Positions 9,532 to 18,883 of a DNA stretch of 56,462 nucleotides are shown here, piece by piece. Both the position numbers and the translations under genes were made by a program. Source of the DNA: Candidatus Kaiserbacteria bacterium (GTDB taxonomy: Bacteria; Patescibacteriota; Minisyncoccia; Phycocordibacterales; UBA2100); contig JALWOZ010000030.1 of assembly GCA_027083345.1 (NCBI GenBank), forward strand, positions 66,977-123,438. Reading direction: 5' to 3'. Below the pieces are notes generated by a model. It did not search any database, was not told where the DNA came from, and saw only the letters and a program-made list of their open reading frames with translations. The first letter of the stretch is position 1. Every line of letters starts with the position of its first letter.

Positions 9532-9540
9532 TTAACTTAT

Positions 9541-9873
9541 ATGAGGAACCTAAAAGTCTTTATATTTTCTCTAATGTTATATCTAGCATTAGTAGCTCCA
9601 ACCGCAGAAGCCACAGTGCACTTTGGCGGTCAAATAACTAAAATAATAGGTTGTATAAACTTTGGAGTCATATATGCCCGACTAGGTCCCCCAAGAGGTG
9701 GTCCATATATATGGAGTCCGACTATAACAAAAACTTACTCATTTGGACCCCCAAGCCACGTTGGTCAATGGCTCTTGGGTAATGCGGGCCCATCTTATTA
9801 CTGTATAGAGAGGATCTATCCTTTAACTGTACACCCTGGACTACTTATATTAATGATGGGGTCAAGTAGATAA
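9541..9873 (+). CDS. small secreted protein (first gene of the T4SS-like operon)
   Basis: Signal peptide 'MRNLKVFIFSLMLYLALVAPTAEA'. Mature ~86 aa, Gly/Pro-rich with two 'GPP' segments. 9 nt after rsmA. Confidence 0.55.
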   Translation: MRNLKVFIFSLMLYLALVAPTAEATVHFGGQITKIIGCINFGVIYARLGPPRGGPYIWSPTITKTYSFGPPSHVGQWLLGNAGPSYYCIERIYPLTVHPGLLILMMGSSR

Positions 9874-9878
9874 TAAAT

Positions 9879-10769
9879 ATGAGCTCTATACAAAAAAAAC
9901 TATTCATAATCCTAATAACGCCTGTTATTGTTATTTTTATAATAATAACAGTATTTGCATTATCTATAATCACCCAAAATAATAAAAAAGATATTGTTTA
10001 TAAAGGAGGTACAGCGAACTCAATGCGTATTAATAGATTGCCTACCAAAGATATATTTACCAGTGCAAATAAACCAAATAATGTGATCAATAAAGTAAAC
10101 ACTCTACTCAACTCTTGGCAAAACTCAACCAAAATAAAACACTCTGCCTACACCCCCGATCCTACAAATACATCATCAACATTTGGTGTGGACACGGAGA
10201 TACAAAAAGACGTTCCAAAACCTCCTCAAGACTCTACCAAGCAGGATAATGAGCAATTTAACCCTTGGGATCTTATACCAAACCACTCAAAGCAAATCCA
10301 ATCAAAAAAGCCTGATAATAAAGCAAAAAACCCGGTCAAAATTACTATAAAAACTTATGGTAATACCTATGGCTCTACTATTAAAAAATATGCAGTACAG
10401 TTTGGAAACCAAAATAAAATAATGAGTGACTTGATAGATAAAAAATACGATGAATCGTCGAAAAAATCTGTACTAAATTTAGCACAACAATATATAGAAC
10501 TATCAAATGAACTCTTGAAGATCAACGGGGGTGACGCACTACATTCATCTGGGCAAAAATTAGCAAATGCTTATAAAAATGTAGGTTTGGCCACCAAAAA
10601 CCTAACACTATACACTGACGACACTGACACTCTAAAACGCTTATATACATACAATAGCGTGGTAGAAGATTTTACTAAAAAATATCTGGACTTCTCTACC
10701 TTATTTGGTGCATATGGCGTACAGTTTAGTGAGGGAGAAGGTGGGGATATATTTATGCCTCCAATGTAG
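9879..10769 (+). CDS. N-terminally TM-anchored protein, low-complexity linker plus helical C-terminal domain
   Basis: TM 'LFIILITPVIVIFIIITVFALSII'. Weak colinear similarity to the next gene product (TIKKY...SKK...). Confidence 0.6.
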   Translation: MSSIQKKLFIILITPVIVIFIIITVFALSIITQNNKKDIVYKGGTANSMRINRLPTKDIFTSANKPNNVINKVNTLLNSWQNSTKIKHSAYTPDPTNTSSTFGVDTEIQKDVPKPPQDSTKQDNEQFNPWDLIPNHSKQIQSKKPDNKAKNPVKITIKTYGNTYGSTIKKYAVQFGNQNKIMSDLIDKKYDESSKKSVLNLAQQYIELSNELLKINGGDALHSSGQKLANAYKNVGLATKNLTLYTDDTDTLKRLYTYNSVVEDFTKKYLDFSTLFGAYGVQFSEGEGGDIFMPPM

Positions 10770-10791
10770 CTTTGATGATATACTTAACCTT

Positions 10792-11592
10792 ATGCAAGGC
10801 TTTATATTAAGTAGGCGATTATTGTATGCCACCGTTTTTGGTATACTTATAATATTAGCTTCTTTATACACTACTATTACTAAAAAAAGTGAGGGGGGCA
10901 GATCCCAAACTCAGACGCAAAAAATCTCACCCAAAACATCTACTCAAGTATTAGACACTACTGTAAATACAAATAACAAAAGCGTACCAACAAACTCAAA
11001 TAACAAAACTCTAACAAAGACAGATGTTATTACTCGCGACTTGTTAGGCTCTTATGTACAACAAGTACGTAACAAAACGTATACTGAGCAGAGTGGTGAA
11101 AAGATAGTAAACAAAGTTACGGATGAGGTATTTGCTCTAAATTATAAACCTAAGCAACTAAGTACTCTTATAACAACACCAAACAACGATTACAATACTA
11201 TAAAAAAATATAAAGATTCTTTATATAAAACATTAAGCGCACTATCTAACCTAAAGGAGTATGAATTAACCATATATGCCAGAGCTATACAAAATAACTC
11301 TAAAAAAGATTTTGACGATCTGCGTAATATAAGCTTAATTTACTCTAATGTAGCTACAGACATGTTAGACATCACCGTACCTAAAGAGGTCTCTACCATA
11401 CACTTATCTATACTAAACAGCTTATACAAATTCTCAGAAGTACTTAAGAATATGGCGGACGGCTATAACGACCCGGCAGCCGGTCTCTCTGGTATAGGCA
11501 ACTTTACAAAGACTGAGGAAGAGATACAACAATCTTTTAGTAAATTAAAAACATATTTTATAGAAAAGAAACTATATAGCACCACAACATGA
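10792..11592 (+). CDS. N-terminally TM-anchored protein, probable distant paralog of 9879-10769
   Basis: Start chosen at ATG 10792 (MQGFILSRRLLYATVFGILIILASL), which avoids overlap with the upstream gene. Ends in TGA inside an ATGA overlap with the next gene. Confidence 0.6.
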   Translation: MQGFILSRRLLYATVFGILIILASLYTTITKKSEGGRSQTQTQKISPKTSTQVLDTTVNTNNKSVPTNSNNKTLTKTDVITRDLLGSYVQQVRNKTYTEQSGEKIVNKVTDEVFALNYKPKQLSTLITTPNNDYNTIKKYKDSLYKTLSALSNLKEYELTIYARAIQNNSKKDFDDLRNISLIYSNVATDMLDITVPKEVSTIHLSILNSLYKFSEVLKNMADGYNDPAAGLSGIGNFTKTEEEIQQSFSKLKTYFIEKKLYSTTT

Positions 11593-13304
11593 CCTTAAAA
11601 CCGATCACAAAACACCTAGCTACTATACTGTTTGTATCTACCGTTTTTGTGTTACCTATACCGTCATTAGCACAAGTAGCGGACACACCTACCAGTACAA
11701 CAACACTAAACATCCCTCAAGTTGCAGATAATCAGATATTTGACTGTAGTGGCAGTGCCCAAAATTCTGTAGGATGGGAGCAGGCTAGGGGTGTGTTCGT
11801 ACCCGTATCTGAAAATGCAGTTGCTCACAATACAAATGTGCTTGTATATAAAGAGTGTGTCCTAGATAGGATAGCCAATAAAATAAAAGAGTCTATGCTT
11901 GCATTTATGACCAAAAGTACTCTAAATTGGGTTAACAATACTTCAGACGGCACACCAGCATTTGTTACAAATTTACCTAATTTTAGAAAAGGAGTATCAG
12001 ATAAAACAATTAACCAATTTTTAACTGGTAAACAAACAGAAGTTTTGCCGGAAAAATATAGAGATGACATACGCAGAATCATCTTAAAAAATTATTCTAT
12101 CTTAACTAAAACTCCTGAAGCACTTTACACACCGACCATACCTGAAGATAAACAAGGGGCTGTAAACGACTTATTTGAGGGCAAGGGCACGTTTAAATGG
12201 GACACTTTTGAGATTGCAACACAACCTCAAAATAATCCGACAACACAACTTCTTTTAGCAACAAACCAGGCCATAGTAAACTTAAAAAGAGATGTGGCAG
12301 ACGCAGTAAAAGAGGTAGACTGGGGTCAAGGATTCAAACCACAGAAAAAATGCGAGCAAATACCTGCAGGTAATGGTACCTACAAAGAGATTTGTAATAT
12401 AGTAACACCAAGTTCTAGTATAAAAGACATAGTCAACTACACTCTATTAACCGGACAAAGACAAGTAGAGAATGCAGACCAAATGGATAAATTAGTAGGA
12501 TCCCTAATGAGTAACATTCACAATAGGATATTAACAAATACAGATGGTTTACGTGGTATAACAGACTCTAGTTATGGACAATCATACATAGACAAAGTGG
12601 TACAAGATGCTCAAGCAGGAGCTAAAATAACATATACTAATGTTGGTCTAGATTTTATATCTAAAATACTAGAATCAGAAAATGCATATTCAACCATACG
12701 TAACTCTACTCAAGATGCCCTCAATGCACTCATAACCCAATTAAAGAATAAAGAAACTACTTGTTGGGACGATTTAATTACTAGAGCTAAGATAGACATT
12801 ATAGATGAGGTTGAAGATCAAGCATGCAACCAACAACAAAGCGCTCAATGTTCCGCAACCGGCACCGCCACGGTAAAGACTGCTACATCTACAAACTCTG
12901 AATATCTAGTAAAAATAACAGGTAGAGCGGGTAATAACATAAAAAGTTATACTTTGTTACAAAATAATCAAAACTCTAAATCTGTTATACAAGATAATAT
13001 AACCCCCCTTATGAATCTGATTAGGAGAGATATAGACTACTCGGCACAATCCCTTGTTATACTAAACAACTTCCGCACAATGCTAGAATCCTCAAACTCA
13101 TTAGGCAACACTCGCTTTGTTATAAATGAGGTACAACAACTAATAAGAGAGGGTAAGGTGCATGGAGACGCTGAGGTCGCAAATGCACGCAACAGCCACC
13201 GTGATACACTAAGCTTTATAGAAAATTTATATACAGAGACCGAATCAACTTGGGACGACACATGGTGCAATCCGGATAATTGGAGAGCTCAAATAAAGAA
13301 ATAA
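11589..13304 (+). CDS. secreted 571-aa protein, unknown function
   Basis: Signal peptide 'HLATILFVSTVFVLPIPSLAQ'. Scattered Cys pairs. ATGA start-stop overlap with the upstream gene. Confidence 0.65.
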   Translation: MTLKPITKHLATILFVSTVFVLPIPSLAQVADTPTSTTTLNIPQVADNQIFDCSGSAQNSVGWEQARGVFVPVSENAVAHNTNVLVYKECVLDRIANKIKESMLAFMTKSTLNWVNNTSDGTPAFVTNLPNFRKGVSDKTINQFLTGKQTEVLPEKYRDDIRRIILKNYSILTKTPEALYTPTIPEDKQGAVNDLFEGKGTFKWDTFEIATQPQNNPTTQLLLATNQAIVNLKRDVADAVKEVDWGQGFKPQKKCEQIPAGNGTYKEICNIVTPSSSIKDIVNYTLLTGQRQVENADQMDKLVGSLMSNIHNRILTNTDGLRGITDSSYGQSYIDKVVQDAQAGAKITYTNVGLDFISKILESENAYSTIRNSTQDALNALITQLKNKETTCWDDLITRAKIDIIDEVEDQACNQQQSAQCSATGTATVKTATSTNSEYLVKITGRAGNNIKSYTLLQNNQNSKSVIQDNITPLMNLIRRDIDYSAQSLVILNNFRTMLESSNSLGNTRFVINEVQQLIREGKVHGDAEVANARNSHRDTLSFIENLYTETESTWDDTWCNPDNWRAQIKK

Positions 13305-13305
13305 T

Positions 13306-15549
13306 ATGGGAATTGATACTGCCATACAAATAATCATACTCTTACTACTAGCAAATCTTTTACCTGGACTTTTGCTTACTAATGCAGGGAAACTCTTTGA
13401 TGGGTCTATGTACTTTACATTGATTCATTTTGGAGAAACCATTAACCCTCTTTTAGAAATTATAAAAATAATATGGACAGCAGGTAGAGATATAACAAAT
13501 ATTCTTATAATAGGAGCTTTTGTATACATAGCTATATCTAAAATATTAAGTATCAATAAAAACTTTAATAAAGCAATCGTGCAGTTATTGTTAGTTGCAA
13601 CGCTTATAAACTTTAGTTTCTTTTTTGCTCAAGTGCCTATAGATATATCTAATTGGACAACAATACAAGTGTACAACTCAATAATCTTTAATACAGATAA
13701 ATTTACTAGCGATACTCAATCATTATCAGAGATAATTAAACAAAGCCTCGAAAAGCAAATACCTCAACAAAATGCTTTAGGGGTACCAGCGCCATGGGAT
13801 TTTGTTGGCATTCTAGCTACAATAGGAAGTTCGATTGCCAATATACTGCCGACTCTTGGATTGTTTTTTGTTTGGGTAATTGAGCAAATTGTAATTGCTC
13901 TGTTATTCTTTAGAATATCAATAATATTAATCACTCGATGGATAACATTAGTCTTACTAATGGCTACCTCCTCTTTAGGGTTTGCAACAATGTTAATACC
14001 GGGCCTAAAATCTTATTGGAGGTATTGGTATAAAGGATTAGTATATAATTCAATAATTGCCCCACTATTATTATTTTTACTATGGGGGGTAACTCTAATA
14101 ATTGTTGGGCTAAGATCAATAACCCCAACAGGGAATGCTACATTATACAATTATCTAACATCCTTCTTAAGTATTGGTCTTTTATGGGCTGCCATACGTG
14201 TGTCCACCATAATCTCAGAAAAAGCAACAAACTCTGCGGGGGGATTGGGTAAATATGTAAATAAAGCTACAGGATATATACAAGGATTAGGAGTCAGGGC
14301 TGGAGCTAGCTCATTGAGTTTTGCTGGACGCAATACACTTGGTAGAGGCTTCTCCAAAATGGGAGACAGACTAGAAAATATTGCCGGGGGTAAGCGTTTT
14401 GCAAACTCCACTGGACTAATGAGGCTCGCCGGAGACACTATAAATAGCACTGGTAAGCAGCTTAATAAAATAGGTAAAAGTGGCTTCGATATACGCACAA
14501 CTAAAGCATTTAAAAATGTAACTAAAAATGCCGGACTAGACTCCAAGGCCATTGGGTCCGGCATCAAAGATGGATTTGAAAAAATTGAAAAAAGGAAAGA
14601 ACAAGAACGTAAAGCGTCTATACAAAAAGCCGATAAAACAAGAGAGGAGGAAATCAAACAAAAACTAGAAGCAGAGTCAGAAATAAACAGAGCTCGTCAA
14701 GAAGAAATTAAAGATCTAGAAAAACAAAACAGTCAAAACGCCAAACAAGTACGAGACAATATGAGTCAAGCCTCACAACTGCAAAATGAGGCTACGAAGG
14801 AAAAAGCAGAGAAAACCAATAAAGAAGAGGAGAGGAATATCCTAAAAGGCGAGGTTGAGAGAGTTGAAAAAGAGATAGAAACCAAAAAAACAGAGAAAAG
14901 TCAACTAGAAGAAGCTCGCAAAACTGGTAGCATGAGAAAGGAAGGAGACAAAATAAATAAACTTAGCGAAGAAATAGCGAATCTTGAGGAACGCAGAGAA
15001 GATGGTCGAAATAAGTTAGAGATATTGAACAGCTCTATAGACAATTTAGACACCTCGATAAGTACAAAAGAGTCAAGAGCTAATGAACTTACACAAGAAG
15101 CTAATCTCATAAATCCTAGACTACGCAAACTATACCAAGAGGACGAAGAATTTAGCAGATTGGTAGACACTGAGGTAACAAATATGGTAGATGGCTTGAG
15201 TATGGTAACAGCATTAGAGCCAGACAGCTCAAAAGACTCTGCAAGTGAACAAATAGCAAGACTGGAGCAAGAGAGGACCGAGCTACAAGAAAGGCTAAAT
15301 AGCACAACAAACGCAACTAGTGATGAGGACAAGAAAAAGGATTCGGATAAATTAAATAAAGTGAATAGTGAATTGGCAAAATTACATAAATATAATAGAG
15401 TTCGTAAAGAACAAGCAAATAAATTCAAGAAAAATACAACGATGACTAAAGAGCAAATAGAGAAGGAGAAAAAACGCAAAGCTGTAGAAGATGCATTATT
15501 TAGAATAAACCAAGACCCATCATCTCAAAACGACTTTAAAAATACATAA
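13306..15549 (+). CDS. polytopic membrane protein (VirB6/TrbL-like) fused to a ~320-aa Glu/Lys-rich coiled-coil tail
   Basis: At least 7 hydrophobic helices in aa 1-330. From about aa 425 (nt ~14578) there is continuous heptad-like E/K/Q/N-rich sequence. Position in an operon with VirB3/VirB4 homologs. Confidence 0.5.
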   Translation: MGIDTAIQIIILLLLANLLPGLLLTNAGKLFDGSMYFTLIHFGETINPLLEIIKIIWTAGRDITNILIIGAFVYIAISKILSINKNFNKAIVQLLLVATLINFSFFFAQVPIDISNWTTIQVYNSIIFNTDKFTSDTQSLSEIIKQSLEKQIPQQNALGVPAPWDFVGILATIGSSIANILPTLGLFFVWVIEQIVIALLFFRISIILITRWITLVLLMATSSLGFATMLIPGLKSYWRYWYKGLVYNSIIAPLLLFLLWGVTLIIVGLRSITPTGNATLYNYLTSFLSIGLLWAAIRVSTIISEKATNSAGGLGKYVNKATGYIQGLGVRAGASSLSFAGRNTLGRGFSKMGDRLENIAGGKRFANSTGLMRLAGDTINSTGKQLNKIGKSGFDIRTTKAFKNVTKNAGLDSKAIGSGIKDGFEKIEKRKEQERKASIQKADKTREEEIKQKLEAESEINRARQEEIKDLEKQNSQNAKQVRDNMSQASQLQNEATKEKAEKTNKEEERNILKGEVERVEKEIETKKTEKSQLEEARKTGSMRKEGDKINKLSEEIANLEERREDGRNKLEILNSSIDNLDTSISTKESRANELTQEANLINPRLRKLYQEDEEFSRLVDTEVTNMVDGLSMVTALEPDSSKDSASEQIARLEQERTELQERLNSTTNATSDEDKKKDSDKLNKVNSELAKLHKYNRVRKEQANKFKKNTTMTKEQIEKEKKRKAVEDALFRINQDPSSQNDFKNT

Positions 15550-15558
15550 AATGAGAAT

Positions 15559-16905
15559 ATGGAAAAAATTAATAACAGCAATATAAAAAAAGAAATACCT
15601 GATGAAGGTCATGGAGATTACAAAAAAGCTCTCTATGTCGATAATAAGTATTTTGAAATCTTAAAAGAAAAAGGTGTCTCGGAGGCTAAGAATTACAGAA
15701 TGAGAGCCAATATAAAAAGTGAATATTATGATACATATGCAAGACTGATAAACGAAGGAAAGCAAAAAGAAGCATATAAATTAGCAAAAAAGCACGCCAA
15801 AACAATATCGGGAGCCGCAGCAAAGAATCACAGAGAGAGGAGGGAAGGCAAGTACAAAGATATAAGAAGGGATCGTAATGAAGAGAATAATACAAAGCAA
15901 ATAGAGGAACATGTAAAAACAATTCAGAAAAAACAAGAGGTAGAGGATGGGACAAGACATACCCAAACCTCTAATAACAATACAAACATTATACCACCTG
16001 GAACTTTTGATGACACATTAGATAATACCCCAAACAACACTCCGACTAACAACGAGGAAGTAGGGGGCGTGAGGAGCTATAAAGACATATTGAGAGGGGT
16101 AGAGGAGATGAAGGGTGCAGCTTTATTAGAATATTATAGAAAGATTACGGGAGAGAAGAATCCCACAATACCAACAGGATCAAGTTTTGAAAAATTAACT
16201 AAAAAGTGGAATGTACTAAAAAAGGCTTCTCTTTACACCATAATGGGCTCATTACCTGCACTAGGAGTTGTTGCTGGGGGAGTCTTAACTGGAGGAGCAT
16301 CACTTTGGATACACACATTAGCAACACTGGGAGGCTCTATGACAGGGGTTGCGATGTCATCTATAATCAACAAAGTTGGCAGTAAATCCGGCAGTAGACT
16401 ACATGACATGCAAGCCTTACGAGGTCTTGAAGAATTAAACAAGCGTTTAAATAACAAAGGCTACCTACCTAAACCAAAATACAATATATTGCACCAATCT
16501 TTACGAGAATTATTCGGACACAGACCACAACGCAATAGACGTTTAACTGAAATCTCCAGAGGAGACCTGTACTACATATTAAACAGTGGCTCACTTAAAG
16601 AAAAGAAGTTACAAAAAAATATAAAACTGGTGTCAGTAGTATTATCTTTATTAACCGCCGGACTCGCACACCAATTTCTTGCACCCACAGACACTGCAAC
16701 AAATGAGGCAGCACCAGCACCAACTATACCACCGCACAGTACAACAGAACAATCTATAAAAGCCCCAATTTTTGATGGAAAAAGTTTTATGAAAAATATT
16801 ACAGATTTCTGGGGAAACTTCTTTACATTTGATGGTAAAACTATGCCTGGCTTTAGTGCTCCCCATGTACCTAATTGTTATTCACCAAAATCTTTACTTA
16901 CATAA
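15559..16905 (+). CDS. membrane protein with a highly charged N-terminal half and central Gly-rich TM hairpin, unknown function
   Basis: 448 aa. TM region 'LYTIMGSLPALGVVAGGVLTGGASLWIHTLATLGGSMTGVAMSSII' and a later TM 'LVSVVLSLLTAGLAHQFL'. Confidence 0.6.
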   Translation: MEKINNSNIKKEIPDEGHGDYKKALYVDNKYFEILKEKGVSEAKNYRMRANIKSEYYDTYARLINEGKQKEAYKLAKKHAKTISGAAAKNHRERREGKYKDIRRDRNEENNTKQIEEHVKTIQKKQEVEDGTRHTQTSNNNTNIIPPGTFDDTLDNTPNNTPTNNEEVGGVRSYKDILRGVEEMKGAALLEYYRKITGEKNPTIPTGSSFEKLTKKWNVLKKASLYTIMGSLPALGVVAGGVLTGGASLWIHTLATLGGSMTGVAMSSIINKVGSKSGSRLHDMQALRGLEELNKRLNNKGYLPKPKYNILHQSLRELFGHRPQRNRRLTEISRGDLYYILNSGSLKEKKLQKNIKLVSVVLSLLTAGLAHQFLAPTDTATNEAAPAPTIPPHSTTEQSIKAPIFDGKSFMKNITDFWGNFFTFDGKTMPGFSAPHVPNCYSPKSLLT

Positions 16906-16925
16906 TAATATGATAAAATTATAAT

Positions 16926-17249
16926 ATGACACAATTAAACCAGCAACAAATAACAGAGAGATTATCTAGGGATCTAAATATACAACATCTCTCACCACAA
17001 GAGCAAAAAGAGATAATAACCCAAATGAGTACTGTGCTACTAGACAGAATAACAATAGCCTTAATAGCAGAGCTACCACAAACTGAGATGTCTCGTATAG
17101 ATATGTTATTAGAGCATGACCAAACAGAAGCCGTACAAGCACTATTAGCAAAGAATATTCCTAATTCCAATGAAGTCGCGGAAGAAGTTATAAACACAAC
17201 CCTAAAAGAGTTTGAAGAACTTGTTAATAATAAATCTCTAGATGAATAA
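16926..17249 (+). CDS. small acidic helical cytoplasmic protein, unknown function
   Basis: 107 aa with no hydrophobic segment. 8-nt overlap (ATGAATAA) with the next gene. Confidence 0.55.
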   Translation: MTQLNQQQITERLSRDLNIQHLSPQEQKEIITQMSTVLLDRITIALIAELPQTEMSRIDMLLEHDQTEAVQALLAKNIPNSNEVAEEVINTTLKEFEELVNNKSLDE

Positions 17250-17727
17250 CATAGAGCAACAACTGACAGACGCTTTCTCTAACTTGCCTAAAGTACTGCA
17301 AGATGTAATCTCTAGTGCCGATGTACAACAAAAATTACGCAACCTAGCGGACGTACATAAATTGCATTTAGATAAGTGGAACATCCTAGAATATGAGATA
17401 ATGCAAGCACTACTGGGTATAACAGACCCTAACAGTCTACCGCAAAATATAAGCAAAGCTATTAATATACCTCTAGAGAAGGCTCAAGAAATAACAAACT
17501 CTGTTGTAAAAATTGTTTTTAATCCTATACAAAAAAAACTCAGGGAGAAAGTAGGGGAACCTACAACAATAGCAGAAGAAGTGGTTGCAAATGATGTGAG
17601 AGGGGAATTTACAAAAATAGATATAAGTAAATTTTCAGAAGCCCCGACAACACCTGGAGCATACAAACCTAAAACAACAAAAAAATATGCGGACAACAAT
17701 GACCCTTATCACGAGCCCATAGAATAA
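17242..17727 (+). CDS. cytoplasmic protein, unknown function
   Basis: 161 aa, translationally coupled to the upstream gene. Confidence 0.55.
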   Translation: MNNIEQQLTDAFSNLPKVLQDVISSADVQQKLRNLADVHKLHLDKWNILEYEIMQALLGITDPNSLPQNISKAINIPLEKAQEITNSVVKIVFNPIQKKLREKVGEPTTIAEEVVANDVRGEFTKIDISKFSEAPTTPGAYKPKTTKKYADNNDPYHEPIE

Positions 17728-17765
17728 CCCAATTTATCATAATGTAACTGTGATATAATACATCC

Positions 17766-18224
17766 ATGCAATATCCGGTACCACAATTCCAAGATGTTGA
17801 AGATAAAGTTATAGGACCACTAACTTTTAAGCAGTTTATATACTTATTAGGTGGAGGTGGGTTGTCTTACGTGCTCTTACGAGTATTACCCTCTGGACTT
17901 AATTTATTATTAATAGCCATTGTGATGGGGACATCCACAGCACTAGCTTTTTACAAAATAAACAATCAACCTTTTATAAACATCTTAGAGGCCGCTTTTT
18001 ATTATAGTATAAAAAATAAACTATATTTATGGAGCAACAAAAGGCCTAAAAAAGACCAGGTAACACGAGATGATACTCCAAAAAACGAAGCCTCTATACA
18101 ACTCCCAAATTTAACAAAAAGCAAGATGAAAGACATATCATGGAATTTAGACATAAACGAAGAGGTACAAAAGGCTCAAGAGGCAGAGAACAGTAATCAA
18201 TATAATGTATTAAGTAATATATAG
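17766..18224 (+). CDS. PrgI / VirB3-like small membrane protein
   Basis: 'VPQFQDVEDKVIGPLTFKQFIYLLGGGGLSYVLL' matches the PrgI-family N-terminal pattern (xP....E.KV.G.LT..Q), followed by 2 TM helices. Lies upstream of the VirB4 gene, as in Gram-positive T4SSs. Confidence 0.6.
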   Translation: MQYPVPQFQDVEDKVIGPLTFKQFIYLLGGGGLSYVLLRVLPSGLNLLLIAIVMGTSTALAFYKINNQPFINILEAAFYYSIKNKLYLWSNKRPKKDQVTRDDTPKNEASIQLPNLTKSKMKDISWNLDINEEVQKAQEAENSNQYNVLSNI

Positions 18225-18225
18225 T

Positions 18226-18876
18226 ATGCCCAAAAATATAACTCCCAAAGAAGCCTCTCAAAATTTTGTACCCGTAAAAGAAGTACGAGATGGCATAGTT
18301 ACTCTTAGAGATGGTGGTTTAAGGGCTGTTTTAATGGCGAGCTCTCTTAACTTTGCTCTTAAAAGCGAGGACGAACAAAATGCATTTATCATACAATTTC
18401 AAAACTTTTTAAACTCATTAGACTTCTCTGTACAGATATCTATCCAATCTCGTAAATTAGATATAAGACCTTACATAACTACATTAGAAAATAGACTAAC
18501 ACAAACTCTAGATGAATTAATGCGCATCCAAATAAGAGAGTATATAGATTTTATAAAAAGCTTCACAGAGGCAGCAAACATAATGACAAAACACTTTTTT
18601 GTTGTAGTACCATATACACCGGCAACTCTTAATATAAGCAAGTCAAACCCATTATCAAAAATACCTTTATTCAAAAAAGATAAAAAACCTGATGTGAGCT
18701 TCACTTTTGAAGAAAATGTATCACAATTAGAACAGAGAATATCTATAGTCCAACAAGGATTAGTGAGGTCGGGTGTGCGCTCTGTACAACTGGGCACTGA
18801 GGAGGTGGTAGAATTACTCTATAAGATATTTAACCCTGGTGAGCTAGACCAACCAATGCAAACTAACAAAACTTAA
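18226..18876 (+). CDS. cytoplasmic protein resembling a free-standing VirB4/TraC N-terminal domain
   Basis: 'VPVKEVRDGIVTLRDGGLRAVLMASSLNFALKSEDEQNAFIIQFQNFLNSLDFSVQISIQS' follows the pattern seen at the N-termini of VirB4-class ATPases. 1 nt after the VirB3-like gene and 7 nt before VirB4. Confidence 0.4.
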   Translation: MPKNITPKEASQNFVPVKEVRDGIVTLRDGGLRAVLMASSLNFALKSEDEQNAFIIQFQNFLNSLDFSVQISIQSRKLDIRPYITTLENRLTQTLDELMRIQIREYIDFIKSFTEAANIMTKHFFVVVPYTPATLNISKSNPLSKIPLFKKDKKPDVSFTFEENVSQLEQRISIVQQGLVRSGVRSVQLGTEEVVELLYKIFNPGELDQPMQTNKT

Positions 18877-18883
18877 AGATATT

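Noticed and set aside
10792-11592. Alternative genetic code (UGA recoded, as in some candidate phyla)
   Set aside because: This gene ends at a TGA within an ATGA overlap, and conserved genes are full length under code 11. The standard bacterial code fits.
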